A DNA stretch of 64,000 nt from Eutreptiella sp. 'Long Island Sound 2002' (Eukaryota > Protista > Euglenida). The DNA lies in the NCBI GenBank assembly GCA_964036045.1, contig OZ038378.1:81406001-81470000 (forward strand), in the 5' to 3' direction. Positions 36,028 through 49,900 of the stretch are shown piece by piece (within the stretch, counting starts at the first letter, position 1; each line of letters starts with the position of its first letter). The notes beneath the pieces are model-generated. The model did no database searches. It saw only the letters and a list, made by a program, of their open reading frames with translations, and was not told where the DNA came from. Both the position numbers and the translations under genes were made by a program.

Positions 36028-37497
36028 ACGAAATCTGGACGCAGGGCACGAATTACTTCACAAACTCCAGAGTCTAATTTGCCAGCAAGAAGCGCAAGAG
36101 GGAGGACAAAGGGCTTCTCCGAACCAGGTTGCAGCCACAGGGACACCAACTCTCACACCGCTTCTCCTTCATCGGGAACCCATCGCAGTTGGACGACATC
36201 CGTGGGGTCACCTCAAAAATGCCCCAGACCATAAGAAGACATGGCGTGCACAGGAGCACTCAGAGGCAGCACGACGAGCTCCCAGTAGGACACAAACAAT
36301 GAGCAGTCAACTCAGCAACTACTCGCCACAGCACTCATGAGCTTAGAACATCAATCGCCCGATGGTAACTGCACCAGGCAGGCATCCGGGAGACAATTGC
36401 CAGCCCTGAGAAGGGCACCACTGATGGAGAATTGCATGATCCGATGGCATCTGCACTCGGCAAGCATTGGAGAGGGCCAGCACCCTCTGAAGTCAGTCCC
36501 AGTGACATTTACTTCCATACTCCGACTCTCGGACTAGATGGTGAGAATTGCCAAATACTCCAGCAGCAGCTTGTACACTTGAGTCGCCGCACTGAGAAGA
36601 CCGCACAATAGACCCATGCGTGCACGCCTCAACACCCAGAAAGGCCGAAAGCCCACAGGTCACAGAGACCGTGAGGAGTCCGGCTGTAAGGAGGCACGCA
36701 CAGGGTGGCAGCAGGGAACCTGGTCGCACTGCAGCTCATCAGCCACTGCGCCCGGCACACCTGCTGTCGCCCCGGCGACCTGCAACAGCACGGCTACCTG
36801 CATCACCGGAACCACGAATTGACGTAGTTTCTATTCCATAAACATCGGCCCCTGTACATTTGTAGAAATTCACAAGATGAAGAGCAGGAGCGCGTACCCT
36901 TGAGTTGCAGCACGTAGAATACTACACCAGTGACTCATGACTGTCGCTTCAACAGCCACAAAGGCCAGAGGCACACAAGTCAAAAGAGAACGTGGGCAGT
37001 CCAGCAGCAACTTCTGAGGGCGCTACACGCAGCACCGGAACTACAAAGTGATGTAACTACGTTCCCAGAAAAATGAGCTGTTGTAGCACAACACACAGAG
37101 GTCCATATCCACTTCAAACTCCACACGCGGCACTTGAACGACATATTGACGTAGGCACATCCCCAGAAAAATCGGCTCCTGAAACTCCATGTGCAGAGAT
37201 TTTGAGTCCTAATCCTGCACATAACTCACACAGCTCAACATCCACTGCTGGTACTGCTGAACTGAAAAAGTCCCAAAGCAGCAAAGTGCAGCAGCGCAGA
37301 AATGTCCAATTAAACCACCTCTCGTCCACCCAACTTGGCATAATCATGACCACGGCTTGAGGGCAAGAGGCGGAAATGCGAGACTGTACTGCACACAACA
37401 AACCTACTTCATATCGCGCAGTTTTTGCTTCTTTAGTTCCTATCTTCGCAGCAGAGGACCTGGTTCAGGAGATTAGCAGTAGTAGTAGTACTAGTAT

Positions 37498-37562
<65 letters not shown>

Positions 37563-37563
37563 C

Positions 37564-37637
<74 letters not shown>

Positions 37638-40600
37638 CTAGTAGTAGTAGTACTGATTCATGGTGTTATCTGAAGGAGTCCGTGTCGCAATCGGACGAAG
37701 CAAAGATTGTTGGGTCCATTTCAAAGTTGACGAAGCGCAAGGGGTGCACGCAATTCAACAAACTCGAGAGCAAGTATCACTGCCCGGAAGCAATGCTGGG
37801 ATGTGTCAGCTACGTTACCTGGTAAAGTCTCCTATGAGAATGGAGTTTTGGTTTGCTCCAGAAAAACAAATCCCTGAGGGTGATGTGGCCAGTGTGGTGC
37901 CCCACTTTCTTTGATGTTGCCGATCTGATCTCTGATGCCGAAGACGATCTGAGAAGTGTTGATGCAGGAGCCCCTCCGTCCAACGCCGCACAAATTGAGA
38001 AGTCATCCTTTGCGCAGGTGCGCCTGCTCTGGGAAACACACGGTAACTTGTCGCTGGAAGAAGAAGATCATCTGCAGAGTCTCCTGGCTTCCTCCTACAG
38101 AGATGGGCTGGCTGTCGACCTGCTGCTCCTGCCTGCTGCAGGCATTGTTGAAGCTCTTCAGCGCAGGGTTCCCCATGCCTCTCAGGATAAACTTGCCTGG
38201 CTTACAAGTACTCTGGTGGCGTTCAGCAAAAGGGTCCGTGTTGACCGTCAACAGGTAGCTCAACTCCAACGTGACAAGCAGCGCAAAGAGTCTCTGAAAC
38301 GCCTTCGGGAGCCATCTGCGTCTCCCAATGCCAAAGCTCACAAGCAAGTCAGGTTGGGATCCAACCACAGCTCAGCCCGTGTGCTAGATGTCGACGAGGC
38401 AGAGCGCGCCACGGAGTCTGGTATGCCTGTCAACAAAACAGGTGAGTCCAACCCCTAGCCTATTAGGATTCCCAATTGATGGAGGCCGCCAGGAGGATCA
38501 ATCTCGACAAGGACAACCGCAACTCAAATGGACTGCTAGAGCAGGGAGAGGCCCTCCAACAATTGAGAAGTATGCCACATCTACTGACACGTTGAAGCCA
38601 AGTCTGTTGCAGGGCCTTGAGCGAGTGGATGCGCTGGATGCCTTTGCCGCTGTCCAAAAAGTCTTTGAAATTATGAGCTTAGATTATCGCACTTTCCGCG
38701 ATATGCTCAATGAGTACGGGGATACTGTGATGTACGTTCTGGGACCCCAGCTTGCCCTTCTCACCGACCGCGAAAAAAAAGAAAATGTGATGGTGTCCTC
38801 AGCTCGTGACCCACATGGGTACTCAGATCAAGTGGAGGTGAGAGAGTTGACCATCTTGGATGCCATGAAACGAGTGGGGACGCATATCCCAATTCCTCCG
38901 CCCACCAAAATGGAGTCAACCCCATACATATCTACAGGTATATTGATGAGTGGGCACTTCCCCCATGTTGCCCTGTGTGCAGCTCCTCCTTTTGGCCCTA
39001 GCAATGCGTTTGTCTCCCTGTGAGGTCCTGGTTTACAATGTGAGTTCGGAGGGGCTGTACTACTACCACTGGAAGTGCCAGAGATTGATGCCGAATTCTG
39101 TGAAATATTTGCCAAGCATTCTATGTGGAGTTTAGTCTCGGTGTTCGGCTGTGGTGACTCAACTCAAGGGACTGATGAGCCTGATCAGATGCTCAGTGGG
39201 TGTCAGCACGTCAACAAGTTGAGATATTTGTCAAGCAATCCTTTGGATTAGCCTTGGATGCTCCATCATGGGTCCGCAGTTCCACTGCGAAATTCAAATG
39301 TGTCTCCCGTGCTCAAAAAAATCAGGGCAACTATGTTCCCACATAGTTGCATAGCATTGCATAGCATTCTACCGACTTTGCCAAGTGGCTCGGGTTCTTT
39401 GACTGCAATTGGAGAGTTGTGTCACACGGCAGAGATAACGTAGCGAACTTCACGCACAGTGCAAGTATCGTCTGGGAGTCAAAGCAGTGCCGACGTCGTC
39501 GAGGTTATTGGACGGCTGTGGTCTCGTATATGCGACCCCTGGCGCGAAAATGGGCTTCTAGCTCTCTTTCTGGTTAGCTGTTCGTCGGTCCTCAACGATG
39601 TGAGTGAGGTGTGTACCTCAGGAGTATGTGCGCAAGGATCCAGGAAGTTGCACTTGGAGTTCTCACCAGCAGTTTTTGGAAGCCTTGGAATTGTTCATTG
39701 GCCTCTCAGTGTGGACACGTATCAGCAGGACGACACACTGCCCTTGTGGTATGCTCATTCAAGGTGTCAATGCGCATGTGCTTCAGCGTAATGGTCGAAT
39801 TGCCCGTCGTTGAAGTCCCATTCCAATTCAGCTGGATGCCTTGTGGTCCAACATGTGTACTGTCACTAAATTTGATTCCTCGTGAAAATCATTCTGCAAT
39901 CAAGTTGCCCAATGTGTCATCGCAATCAGCGAGCATGGGCCCTATCTGTCCCTGTTCTTGAATTGGACACCCCCGCTGTGGTGTACCCAAAAGTATCAGG
40001 TCAGTGCGCGGTCCAACATGCTGGTGCCAGAGAACGTGAATCCGGCCTCATGTGCATTCTCCATGCTCAGCATCAACCTGCAGGGAATCAATCGCTCCAC
40101 AGAAACCCCTGTGAGCAAGTGGGATCAAATATTGGCACTGCAAGCGGAGAGCATGTCCGACGTGATCGCACTGCGGGAAACATACGGAGCCCCAAAGAAA
40201 CATTGTAGCCGCTAACTGGATGGTTTTTGGTGTAGGCGCTCCACAGCGGTGTCTGTTGGCAAAGGTCTGGAACTTTGGGTCAGAGGAGCATGGGCTTCCT
40301 TTAATGCTGTGGTTAAGGATGAGTACTTTGCGATTCTGGTTCTGGTCCGCTCGGCGCTAGGATTTGAGATTGCTGGATCGCTTCATATGGCTCAGCGGTC
40401 TGATACGGCCGAGTACCGCAAGCAGCTCCTGTCAGTGGTTCGAGTTATTGAAGAGTCCGCTGTGATCTGGACTGCGCTAGGTGCTGAATGGAACCGCGAC
40501 ATTAGGAGTCATCATCAGTCCAGTGTGGTGTTCGAACAACATCACTTGAATGTTGTTTCTATGCAGGGTTCTCCGATACTGCCCAAGGATTTCTTTGTCG

Positions 40601-43600
40601 TGAAGGGAGTTGGGTCTGCTCTGTCTGACTTGTGGCTGTCCCCCATTGGATATCATTTTGTAGTTCACGTCTCCGGCTCAGTGTCGCTGCAGCGTGGTGC
40701 CACAGGATCTGCTAAGCGCCATGTCGAGGCTGGAAAGTTGAAAAGAGCTCAAAGAAAGGTGTTCACGGAAATGTTCGAAACCCACTGGAGCCATTCGTTC
40801 CCCGTCATTGTGGATGCAAGCCTACGGAGAGTGCCTGGTTGTTGCCGGTGCATACCTCCAGTGGACGTCATCAGTTAGAAGCCATTCTACAAGGGCAAGG
40901 ATGGAAGAGAAGAGAGTCGGTTGCCAGGTTGGAATGAATTGCGTACCGGAAGTCGGTTATCTCGGATTGGAAACAAGTCTCCGGTACTAGTCTTACCGAA
41001 TGGTCCCTGAGCGTGCTGAAGTTGAGGCGTTCGCATCCATTTATGGTCATGCACCAAATCAAGAGTTCTGCCACAAACTCCCTAGCGAAGGGTACACCAG
41101 TTTTGGCAGTTGCGCCGCAACAGTGTGCCAAAAAGTACATTCTCAGGTCGGATCCTACTCCGGTTGCGTGGATGAAATCCTTGTATCAGCAACGCCCGGT
41201 GGTTGCCCTTGGTGCAGTGTGGCGCCTGTGGATGTAGCAAACCCGATCGCCGCACAAGTGCTTCTCACTGGAGGCGTTCCTGAGTATTTTCAGACTATGC
41301 TCAAGCCCCAAAGCTGGAGTAGATTGCTTTGTGCCCTCTTTAGTCAAGGATACGGGTCTCGCCAGCTTACTCAGGTTGCTGAGCCTTCTCCGTTTACCGT
41401 ACAAGCAATGGCCACCTGAAACTTTGTGGATTCTCCGCCTGACACCGTTCAAGAGTGTTGGATTTAACATCAATGTGAACTCTCGTCCGATAAAACTCCA
41501 GTCAGCCCTCTATCGCCTTCAGGCCAAACTCCTTTCGGTGACGCCGCAGCTGATTCATGCGGGAGACAGTTTGCTGGATATGGAGGCAGCTTGGTTCATG
41601 GGTTACGCCGCTTGGTGCATCTGGGTATGCATCAGTCCCTCGCAAGGTTCTGTTCAGCCAGGGTGATGTTTCTGGACCTGGTAGGAGCGTACGACGAGAT
41701 CTCCCGAGGACTTCTTGCTGCCGTTGCCAGTGTAGATTCCCAGGAAATAGCGGACATTGTCCTTCTACTATTGGAGCAATATTGTGCTTCCCAGACCTTA
41801 GTTGTCACGGCTCAGGGGCTCGCAGACCCCTATCATCAACTTCGAGGAGTTCTACAGGGCGGGGGGCTTGATCCCCTGTTCTACATTCTGGGGATTAATC
41901 TCCTGCGTGTGGTAGTGGCCCTGAGCCGTCTTGGTATGCCGGTGGCTATGAAGTCGGCGGACGAACCTTTGGGGACAGTGGGGTATGTTGACGATACCTC
42001 TGGTCCTGCAATAGATGACGAAGGTCTGCAATTCTTAGCCTACAGAATTAGGGCAGTGATAGATCTTCTGTGGCAGCGAAACCACAGCGGCAAGATGAAA
42101 CGGCTGTCGCTTGATGTAAAAGGCACCTCAGTGACTTGTGTTCGATCCGCAGTCACGTGGGGGTCGGACTCAGTGGAGTTTGTGAAGAAGGAAGCGTACG
42201 TCAAATTTCTGGGCGGAAACGCCAATCCTGTGGGTGCTGTCGCAAAAGTCCGTCGTATCATCAAGGCAGCATGCAGGCTTGTGACTGGCAGACTACGCAA
42301 CTGGCCTACATCCCTTCAAGTTGCTCATGCCATTTTGGCTGGCCTGGTTGTCTGCAAGCTGGTTTTTCAATGCATCGTGAACATCCAGGCTAAGGCACAC
42401 CTATTCGACATGTTCGGCAGGATCTGCAGAGCATACAGAGTTGCTTTTGGGATTCCCTGTAGAACCCCGCAGCAATGCCTTTTCAAGTGTCTCGGGGTTC
42501 CATCTCCAGAGCTTGTGTTTGGGGCCACTGCTCTGCATGAGCAGTATAAAGCGTTCTGTAGTCCCAAACCTTTATCACGTGAAGTGTCTTGGGTCCATCG
42601 GCAGCGAAGCGTTCCGCATCATTTGGATCAAGATACCGTTCGTCTTCGGGCCCTAACTGATACCATAGGTATCCACTTTCCGTGTCTGTCGGGGTGCGAT
42701 GCCTTAAGTGGTCGCTGACGGCTCCCTCACACTATGCGTCTCCTTTAGTCCTCTTTGTGTTTGGTGACGCGAGTCAAAAGCGCCTATGGGGAGGCGCAGC
42801 ACGCGTTCGAGACGCCCTTGGACAGATTCGGCGTGACCAGTCGGTGACGCTGGATGGCGATGGGTTCAGCACAAAACTGATAGAAGGTTCGATGTTGGCG
42901 CAAGCAATAGTTGCCATCAGAGAAGCTATCGATGAGCTGCATCTGCCTGTGGGTGTTGCGGTTGGTCACTGGGCCCCAAGATGTCCAGATGTATGCTTGG
43001 TTGAGAGCCACGGGGACGTTGCTGAGATGATGGAGGTTGCACAGTCTCACCGCCTCAGGTAACGACGAGTCTATTGGTGCGTCCTCTCCCCCAAGTGGCC
43101 CTGCAGTGGTATGCGGCAGGATATTGGTATCAATGTGTGGCACTTCCATACATTAAATGGCAATAGTGTTGGGTTTCTGGTGTCCGATTATCACATGTCT
43201 CTGGGTGCTCATCCTGAAGTGGTATTCTCCTTATTGGTTCAATTGAATCTCTGATTGCTGTTGGCGCCCTTTGCAGGTGGCAAGGGCACTGATCGTCCCA
43301 GATTCTAGCCTCAGAGGTATTCGCAGAAGAATTTCCACGCAGCGAGTGCTCCCAAGTCGTCAGATGCCCATCGCAGTCATTACAAGCAGGAATATCATCA
43401 CTGACCGCTCGCGTGATCAAGCTCAGTGGGGCTATTCACGCAAATACTAAGTTCATGGGCTAGGGCCAGCTGTAACTCTGGCCAAATCCTGTGCATACGC
43501 CTGCGCCAACTCAAGCACAAAATCTCAGTGATAGCTTTCACCATGTCACACTGTTTGGCTGTCTAGGGTTACGTGTGCCATCGCTGATGCGGGAGTGCGC

Positions 43601-43745
43601 CAACGTGCAGAGACACCACGAAAATACAGTCTGTGGAATAGTCACGAAACTGTTAGACCAAGTGAGGTGAGAGGTTTTCCAGTGTAAGTGACCCAAAGGA
43701 CTTGTGGTGCGTTCGAGTCGCACTGTGCGGTCCTGGTGCAGGTTG
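36028..43745 (+). mobile_element. LINE family 1, copy 2: 5' segment inverted (36028-37653), internal ~1.1-kb deletion, 3' end missing
   Basis: 36028-37474 is the reverse complement of ~25820-27190. 37654 onward is collinear with 27191 onward. GYVDD at 41984-41995. The junction at ~42948 skips copy-1 ~32715-33845, and homology stops at copy-1 34645. Confidence 0.9.
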
Positions 43746-43751
43746 CTGTTG

Positions 43752-43805
<54 letters not shown>

Positions 43806-43901
43806 GTACTAGTACTAGTACTAGTACTAGTAGTAGTACTAGTACTAGTACTAGTACTAGTACTACTAGTACTACTACTACTAGTACTAGTACTACTACT
43901 A

Positions 43902-43932
<31 letters not shown>
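43746..43932. repeat. (CTA)n/(CTAGTA)n microsatellite
   Basis: Read directly. Confidence 0.95.
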
Positions 43933-43934
<2 letters not shown>

Positions 43935-46900
43935 GAGGTCAGAGGTCAGAGGTCACGCTGCGTATCAGGGCGCAACCCCTCCCTACACCGTCACCCATTT
44001 TCTGCTAATGTGTGAAGGTCTGTTCTTTGCTGTGATGTTGTGGTTCACTGAGATTCGTTCTTTTCCTTGATCTTCCTCGGGTTGTCGCCCTAAACGGATT
44101 GTTTCACGTGCTTATTTCACTTGACAGCTGCACAAGGATGACTTTCCATTCCCTTGTTGACTCACCTGTTGAGTTTTGTTGATCATGCTCGGGACCCTCT
44201 GACCGAGGACCTCTGGTGGCAGGACGCACAGGCACTGGTCGCATTCTCATTTTTGTTGCAAACGTGCTGTAATGTATACCAGGCTGGGCCTCAGTTGTTT
44301 GACACGGTGGAAATCTCTCGCTGACAGTCACATACATGTGACACTGTGATTTCTCTGGACCTCAGGCCTACCTGGGCTCTGGAGATATACATATAGCATG
44401 GAAATTGTGTTGTGTGCCTGTCTGTGTCCTTACATATATGCGGGCTTTACAGCCAGCAGATGAGCTGCGCAGGTACGCAGTCATTTGCTGCAGACTTTTT
44501 GTTTTGTGCGCTGGCGCATCCACGTGTTCACTCTGTGACACACATGATGTGATGCACTCTGGCTGGAGGTGCACGTTGGTGCACTCCAACACATAAAAAC
44601 TGACTGGCTGACTTGCAGACTGTAAAAGAGGGCAGAGACAAGGTGAAATGCGCACAGGCTGATGGTGCACTGTGGTGCACACTGTCACATATGAAAGAGG
44701 GCACAGGCATTGGTGCTCTGTGACATGCAGACAGAGGAGGGGGCTTATTTACCCTTGTACCCTTTGCCACCCTTGTGGCCGCTTTTGCCCCATCCTTTGC
44801 CCTTGCTCCAGTGCCAGCCTCGGCCTCCATCCCAGTCTCGCTGATGGTCTCCACTGCGGTCCCATCGTTCCGCTCCATCTCCTTCTCTCTCTCGATCTCT
44901 GTCTCCATCCACATACCGGCCTTGTCCTCTCTGTCCTCTCTGGCCCCTGGGCTGTCCTAAGAATGGCGACAACGGAGGATGTGCTGCCACTGGGGCACCA
45001 GAATTGGTTGCTCCTCTGGGGCAGCGACCCAGCACTTCTGTTTTGCATGTTGCAGACGTATGATCTTGACTCCCTGATGCTCTGCTTGATTCTTCTCTGA
45101 TTGCGACAGGATTCTGTTACCTACCACGACGCCATACGGATCCCAGTCTCGGATCCCCTGTCTATATGCCTACTTGCTTATGTCCCCTGTGCCCATCTCT
45201 TGCCTGCCCCAGTGCTACCATGCTCCATCCACTCTTGCACGGCACTACTCTGATTTTGCCTCCCTGTCCCCTCACAAGACACGCAGCAATTGTGTTCAGG
45301 ATGGGTGCAGGGATGAGTATGTGTGGTTGGTGGGGCGCTGTCGAGGCGATTCTGGGATCGGCCCGGAGGTCTGTGTCATTCATCCACCACTCATGTGAGT
45401 CTGGCAGTGGTGCCTGAACTCCCCTGTGGCTGACTTCCTGCTGTACTGTGCTCATGCACGTTGTCAGTCTGGCCGCTATCAGTGCCGCCGGTGTTTCCAG
45501 CAGTGTCTGCAGGTTGGTCATGGCTTCTCTGGGTGGCAGAAGGCCGAAGGCTGTGGGCATATGTCCTGCCTTTACTCGGAGTTTCAAGTCCTCTGCTTCT
45601 ATCCACTTGGGATGACACCACTGTATGGGTACCTCCGTGTTCGCTCTCTGGACACACAATCCTCCCCATGTGGGCACTGTTGTGACTCCTTTTCTTGCTT
45701 TGCTGGCGATGAAGGTCACCATGTCATTCATGATGTCTGGTATCATGGCCCAGAGGGCTGGACACTCTCTGTACTCGTGGCACTCTTTTGATCTGTACTG
45801 CTGTCCACAGAGCTGACAGGTCCCCTGTCCTTCATCACCGATGTAAAACTCGTCCCATGAGTGATACCTTGCTGTCATCATGATTCTGGCCGTGATGTGT
45901 GGATGCAGCGGGCACCAGTGGGTCCACATTTTCTTCGATTCTCCTGCTGCCTGCCACCAGCTCCGGAACTTGTATGGGCTGATTTCCTCTCCTTCTCGTT
46001 GGGTGACATCATGCCATTGATATACTCGTCTTGCAGCATCTTTGACGTTCACTATCACCGCTCCTTTGATACTCAGCAGCCTTGTGTCTCCATCAAGCCA
46101 TGTGTGTGGCACCTTCCATTTCTTGCTTTGTTTTCCTTGAACACCACATTCCGCCTCTTCATCTGCGATCTTGTTCAGTTCGGACAGCAGACCCACTGCT
46201 TTGGTGTCATGCTCTGCAGGCATCCAGCCACACTGGAATTCATTCCTGTGATGAAGGATTTCTAAATGTGACAGCACCGTTCCTTGGACAGTGTACAGGT
46301 TCTGAAGGATATTCCTGTCATTGCTCTGCTCTACTCCTGACTTGTTATCGCACCAGGGCCATACCTTCAGATCGCTCCTGTGCTGTTTGATTAGGGCGTT
46401 CTGGACACTGTCAAGCAGTTCTGCCACTCCTGTGGTTTCCATGAGCGTGGCGTTTGCACAGTGCCATCACCGTGGCTCTGTACCTGCCCAGGATCTCTCC
46501 TTTTGCTGTGGCAGCCACTCCTCCAAGGCCCCATACATCAGGCTGGGACGGGTGCATGGCACAGTTTGCCACCACAAGAATTGCTGCATACACTGTCCTA
46601 AAACTTGGCAGATCTTGCTGCCATCGCCCTGCCATCTCATTCTCATAGTGCTGCATTTCCCACCCTACTCCTTGCATCCACTGCTTCAGTTTTTCATAGT
46701 CAGACACTTTGTTGACCCTGCGCAGTGATCTGCAGCTGTGGTGAGGTGGTCGGTCTATTTCTCTCGCCGTCGTGCCTCTCACCCATTTGTGGGGTGACTG
46801 CAGCCCTTTGATGAGCTCTGACACTGCTGCGCCCCACAGTTTTTCTCCTGGGTGCGGCACTCCCAGATTTCCTTCTCCAACTTCGCCGTATATAAATGCT

Positions 46901-49900
46901 CTTGGCGTCTTTAGGGGCAGGTACAGTGCTCTGCGCGCGACTGCCGCCACTGCTGATACCACCATCGTGGTCTCTCCTTTGTGCGCTGCATTGGATAGGA
47001 TGTCTTGAGGCCAGTCAACAATCCTTCGGAATACCCAGCGCATCGTCTGTGTGCCATCCATTATGGCTCTCATCATGGGAATGGAGCAGGGTTGTGTACT
47101 CATCCTCTGCTTCAGTCGTCTGCAGCCTGTTTTGAGCTCCTCTAGATCTTCTTTTGGGTTGGACAGGATGTTCACATTTCCTCCTACTAACTTGAAATAC
47201 TCCTTGGGGCCCACTGCTGTGATATTCTGCCCCTGTATGTTGACTTGTGCCTTCTCCACGACCATTCCTTCTCTTTTCTTCACATACACCAGCAGTCCAA
47301 ACTTATCCGGGTTGGGCTTGCCATTGATGTGCCGCATGGTCTTTACCATGTCATTGCCTCTGACTCCAGTACTGGTACTCCATTGGCCATGTGAAGGATG
47401 TCATCTACTGTAAGCTGGCTCTTGATGACGATGTCCTCTGTTGCCATGTGTACTGTGACACCCACACTCTTTCGCTCCACGTCACTCAAGAGCAGGTTGG
47501 TGTAGTGCACATACCAGTATGGGTCCATTTCTCCTCCTTGGATCAGGCCACTTCCTAGGTGATATGGTGGAGACATGCCCTTGGCTGTCACGACGTACGC
47601 CTTGGCCTGTGCGTATTGGTGCCGTGCTTGTTTCATGGCTGGGTTCAGTATCGGATCATTTTCCGTCTGCATTTCCAGGCCGCCAAGGTCTTTCTGTCCA
47701 TACGCATTGCTCTGATCTCCTTTCAGGCTTGCTAATGTCTTTTCTTCCTCCACGTGTTGCAGCTGAATTGTGTAGATGAGGCTTCTCATCTGTACTGCTG
47801 TCGCCCCCTTGTACACTGCCTGTTGCATGTTCTGGAACTGTGCCGGCGTGGTCACCCACTGTAGCCTTCTGGCTGTCAGTTTCTGTCGATCTCTCTGCAG
47901 CCCTGAGCCAATCAGAATTGGCCTCGTGCATCTGTTGATGTCTGCTCCTGGCTTCTTGGTGATGGGGGCATGAACATATTTGTGGACCTCCTCTGGTAGG
48001 TCATGTATGTTCTCTGTGAGCATGTGCTGATGTTGGTATGACGTGAACGGACCATACTACTTGGCCAATCGTGGTGCATACCAGTCCATTACTGCTGTGC
48101 TGGAGTGGATATCCTTCAGAATGCGCAGGTACTCCACTGCGTTCACAGGGTACAGCGTTCCTTCCCAGATTCTGCCTTTGGACAGTCTGTGTGCCTGCAG
48201 ACGGCATGCTTGCTGTACCTGTGTGGTGTGTTCAGTGGCTTCTTCCACTGTGGGTCCCACATGACTGTGGACCCATTCTCTGGTTAGTGGTCTTGGCACT
48301 GGGGGATGTCGTTTGGCCGCCTCCAGTCCTACAACTCTGGGCACGTCATCCCCTGTTATTATTCTCTATCGTTCTGAGTCCCATACCGTTGTGATGTTGG
48401 CAAATGGTACTCCTGACTTAAATCGGATGATGCTCGTGGCCTCGTCGCTGATGCTGGCTGCTTGTAGCACTGCTCTGTCCTGCATCAGGGACAGCCACCT
48501 CTCTTCACACACCTGGGCTTCCCAGAATACTGGTTCATCTTGTGCTGGTGCTGCTTGTATCTCTTGGACCTTCCTGCGGAGGACATCACCTGTTCCCCTG
48601 TCTCGTTCCTCACGCCGTGCGGACTCCACTGCAGCCACAAGTTCTCGGTACCAGCAGAGCCACTCGGCAGTGCACCATGCTGGTTGTGAGATGGCTTCCA
48701 GGATGTCACACGCTTCTGCTTTCTGTTTTTCCTTCCATGCTCCTACACTCACTGGTCTATATTTCTGTGCACCGCCACCTCCTGTGTTCGGGTAGACCGT
48801 GAGTGCAGCCAGTACAGTGGGATGATCTGCTACCGGCCTGTCGTAATGCACTACTCCTGTGTGGGTGTCATTGGATGATACCAGTATCCAATCTTTGTGC
48901 AGCCTGTTCTCAGTGCCATCATGTACTGCTGTGAGTCGGCGCTCTACACACATCTGCAGGACATCTGGATTCTGTAGTGCGTGTCTGTTGAAGTCTCCTG
49001 CATACACTTCATATGTGCCATCTCCTGGCTTCCTTGTTTTCTCTACCTCTTGCTGCTCGTGGCGGAATGCTGTCACTTGGTTTCTCTGTGGGCTGTGGCA
49101 GTTGTTAATTTTGCACGGTACACAACACACTGTGACTGTGACGGTCAGTGTGTGACGTGCATCTCTCACCAGGGCCATTTCCTTGCAGCTCTCCTTTTTG
49201 CCAAAGATCGCCAGTCCTCGTCCCGGGCCTCGGATGTGTGAAGTCCTCCTGAAGTAGCCTGACAAATGCCAGTCAAAATCCCTCGCATTGCCAACTTCTT
49301 GTAGCAGGACTAAATGTGCCCCGTAGTGTAGGGCCTTCTCGCTGATGTGCTCCCATTTATCTTTGTTGAGACCCTGCACATTGGCGACCACCAAGATGAT
49401 GACCACTTTCTTTGGTGTTTTCAGTGACCTCACCATCCTTTGGCCTTGCCAGGGTCCTCCTGTGTGTACTACCTTCTCTCCTTCCCAGTGGATGGCTGGT
49501 ACACGCATGACCAGTTGGTGTCCGTAGGTGGTGTTGTAGGCAGCGACAGTGCAACTTTGCCGTAGCAGGTCGTCTCCTGTCTCTTCTGCACCCAGAAACT
49601 TTCTCCATTCCGAACTCCACTGAGCCAGCTCGTGACCACATTCTGGGTGACTTGACTGCTTTGCTCTCTCTCCTCCTGGCCATATCCATACCTTGCGGGT
49701 GTATGCACTGTACAGCAGCGTCAGGAACTGTCGCACTGTCATGGTGGTCTCAAACGGCAGAATTGATCCTGCATCCGACAGGACTGTCCATCCTGTGTCA
49801 TGGACTATCTGTTTGTTGGTGACCAGCTGAAACACCGTGCTGCCGCACCTGTGTTCTCCTGTGATGGCTTCCCCTGGCGGTAGCGTCACTCCGCTCTTGG

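Noticed and set aside
43933-43954. Nuclear-receptor DR1 element (AGGTCA-G-AGGTCA)
   Set aside because: Better explained as a LINE terminal heptamer repeat; there is no gene context.
44745-46000. C-terminal DNA methyltransferase domain as in some algal retrotransposons
   Set aside because: No C5-MTase (FxGxG, PC, ENV) or N6-MTase (D/NPPY/F) motifs were recognised.
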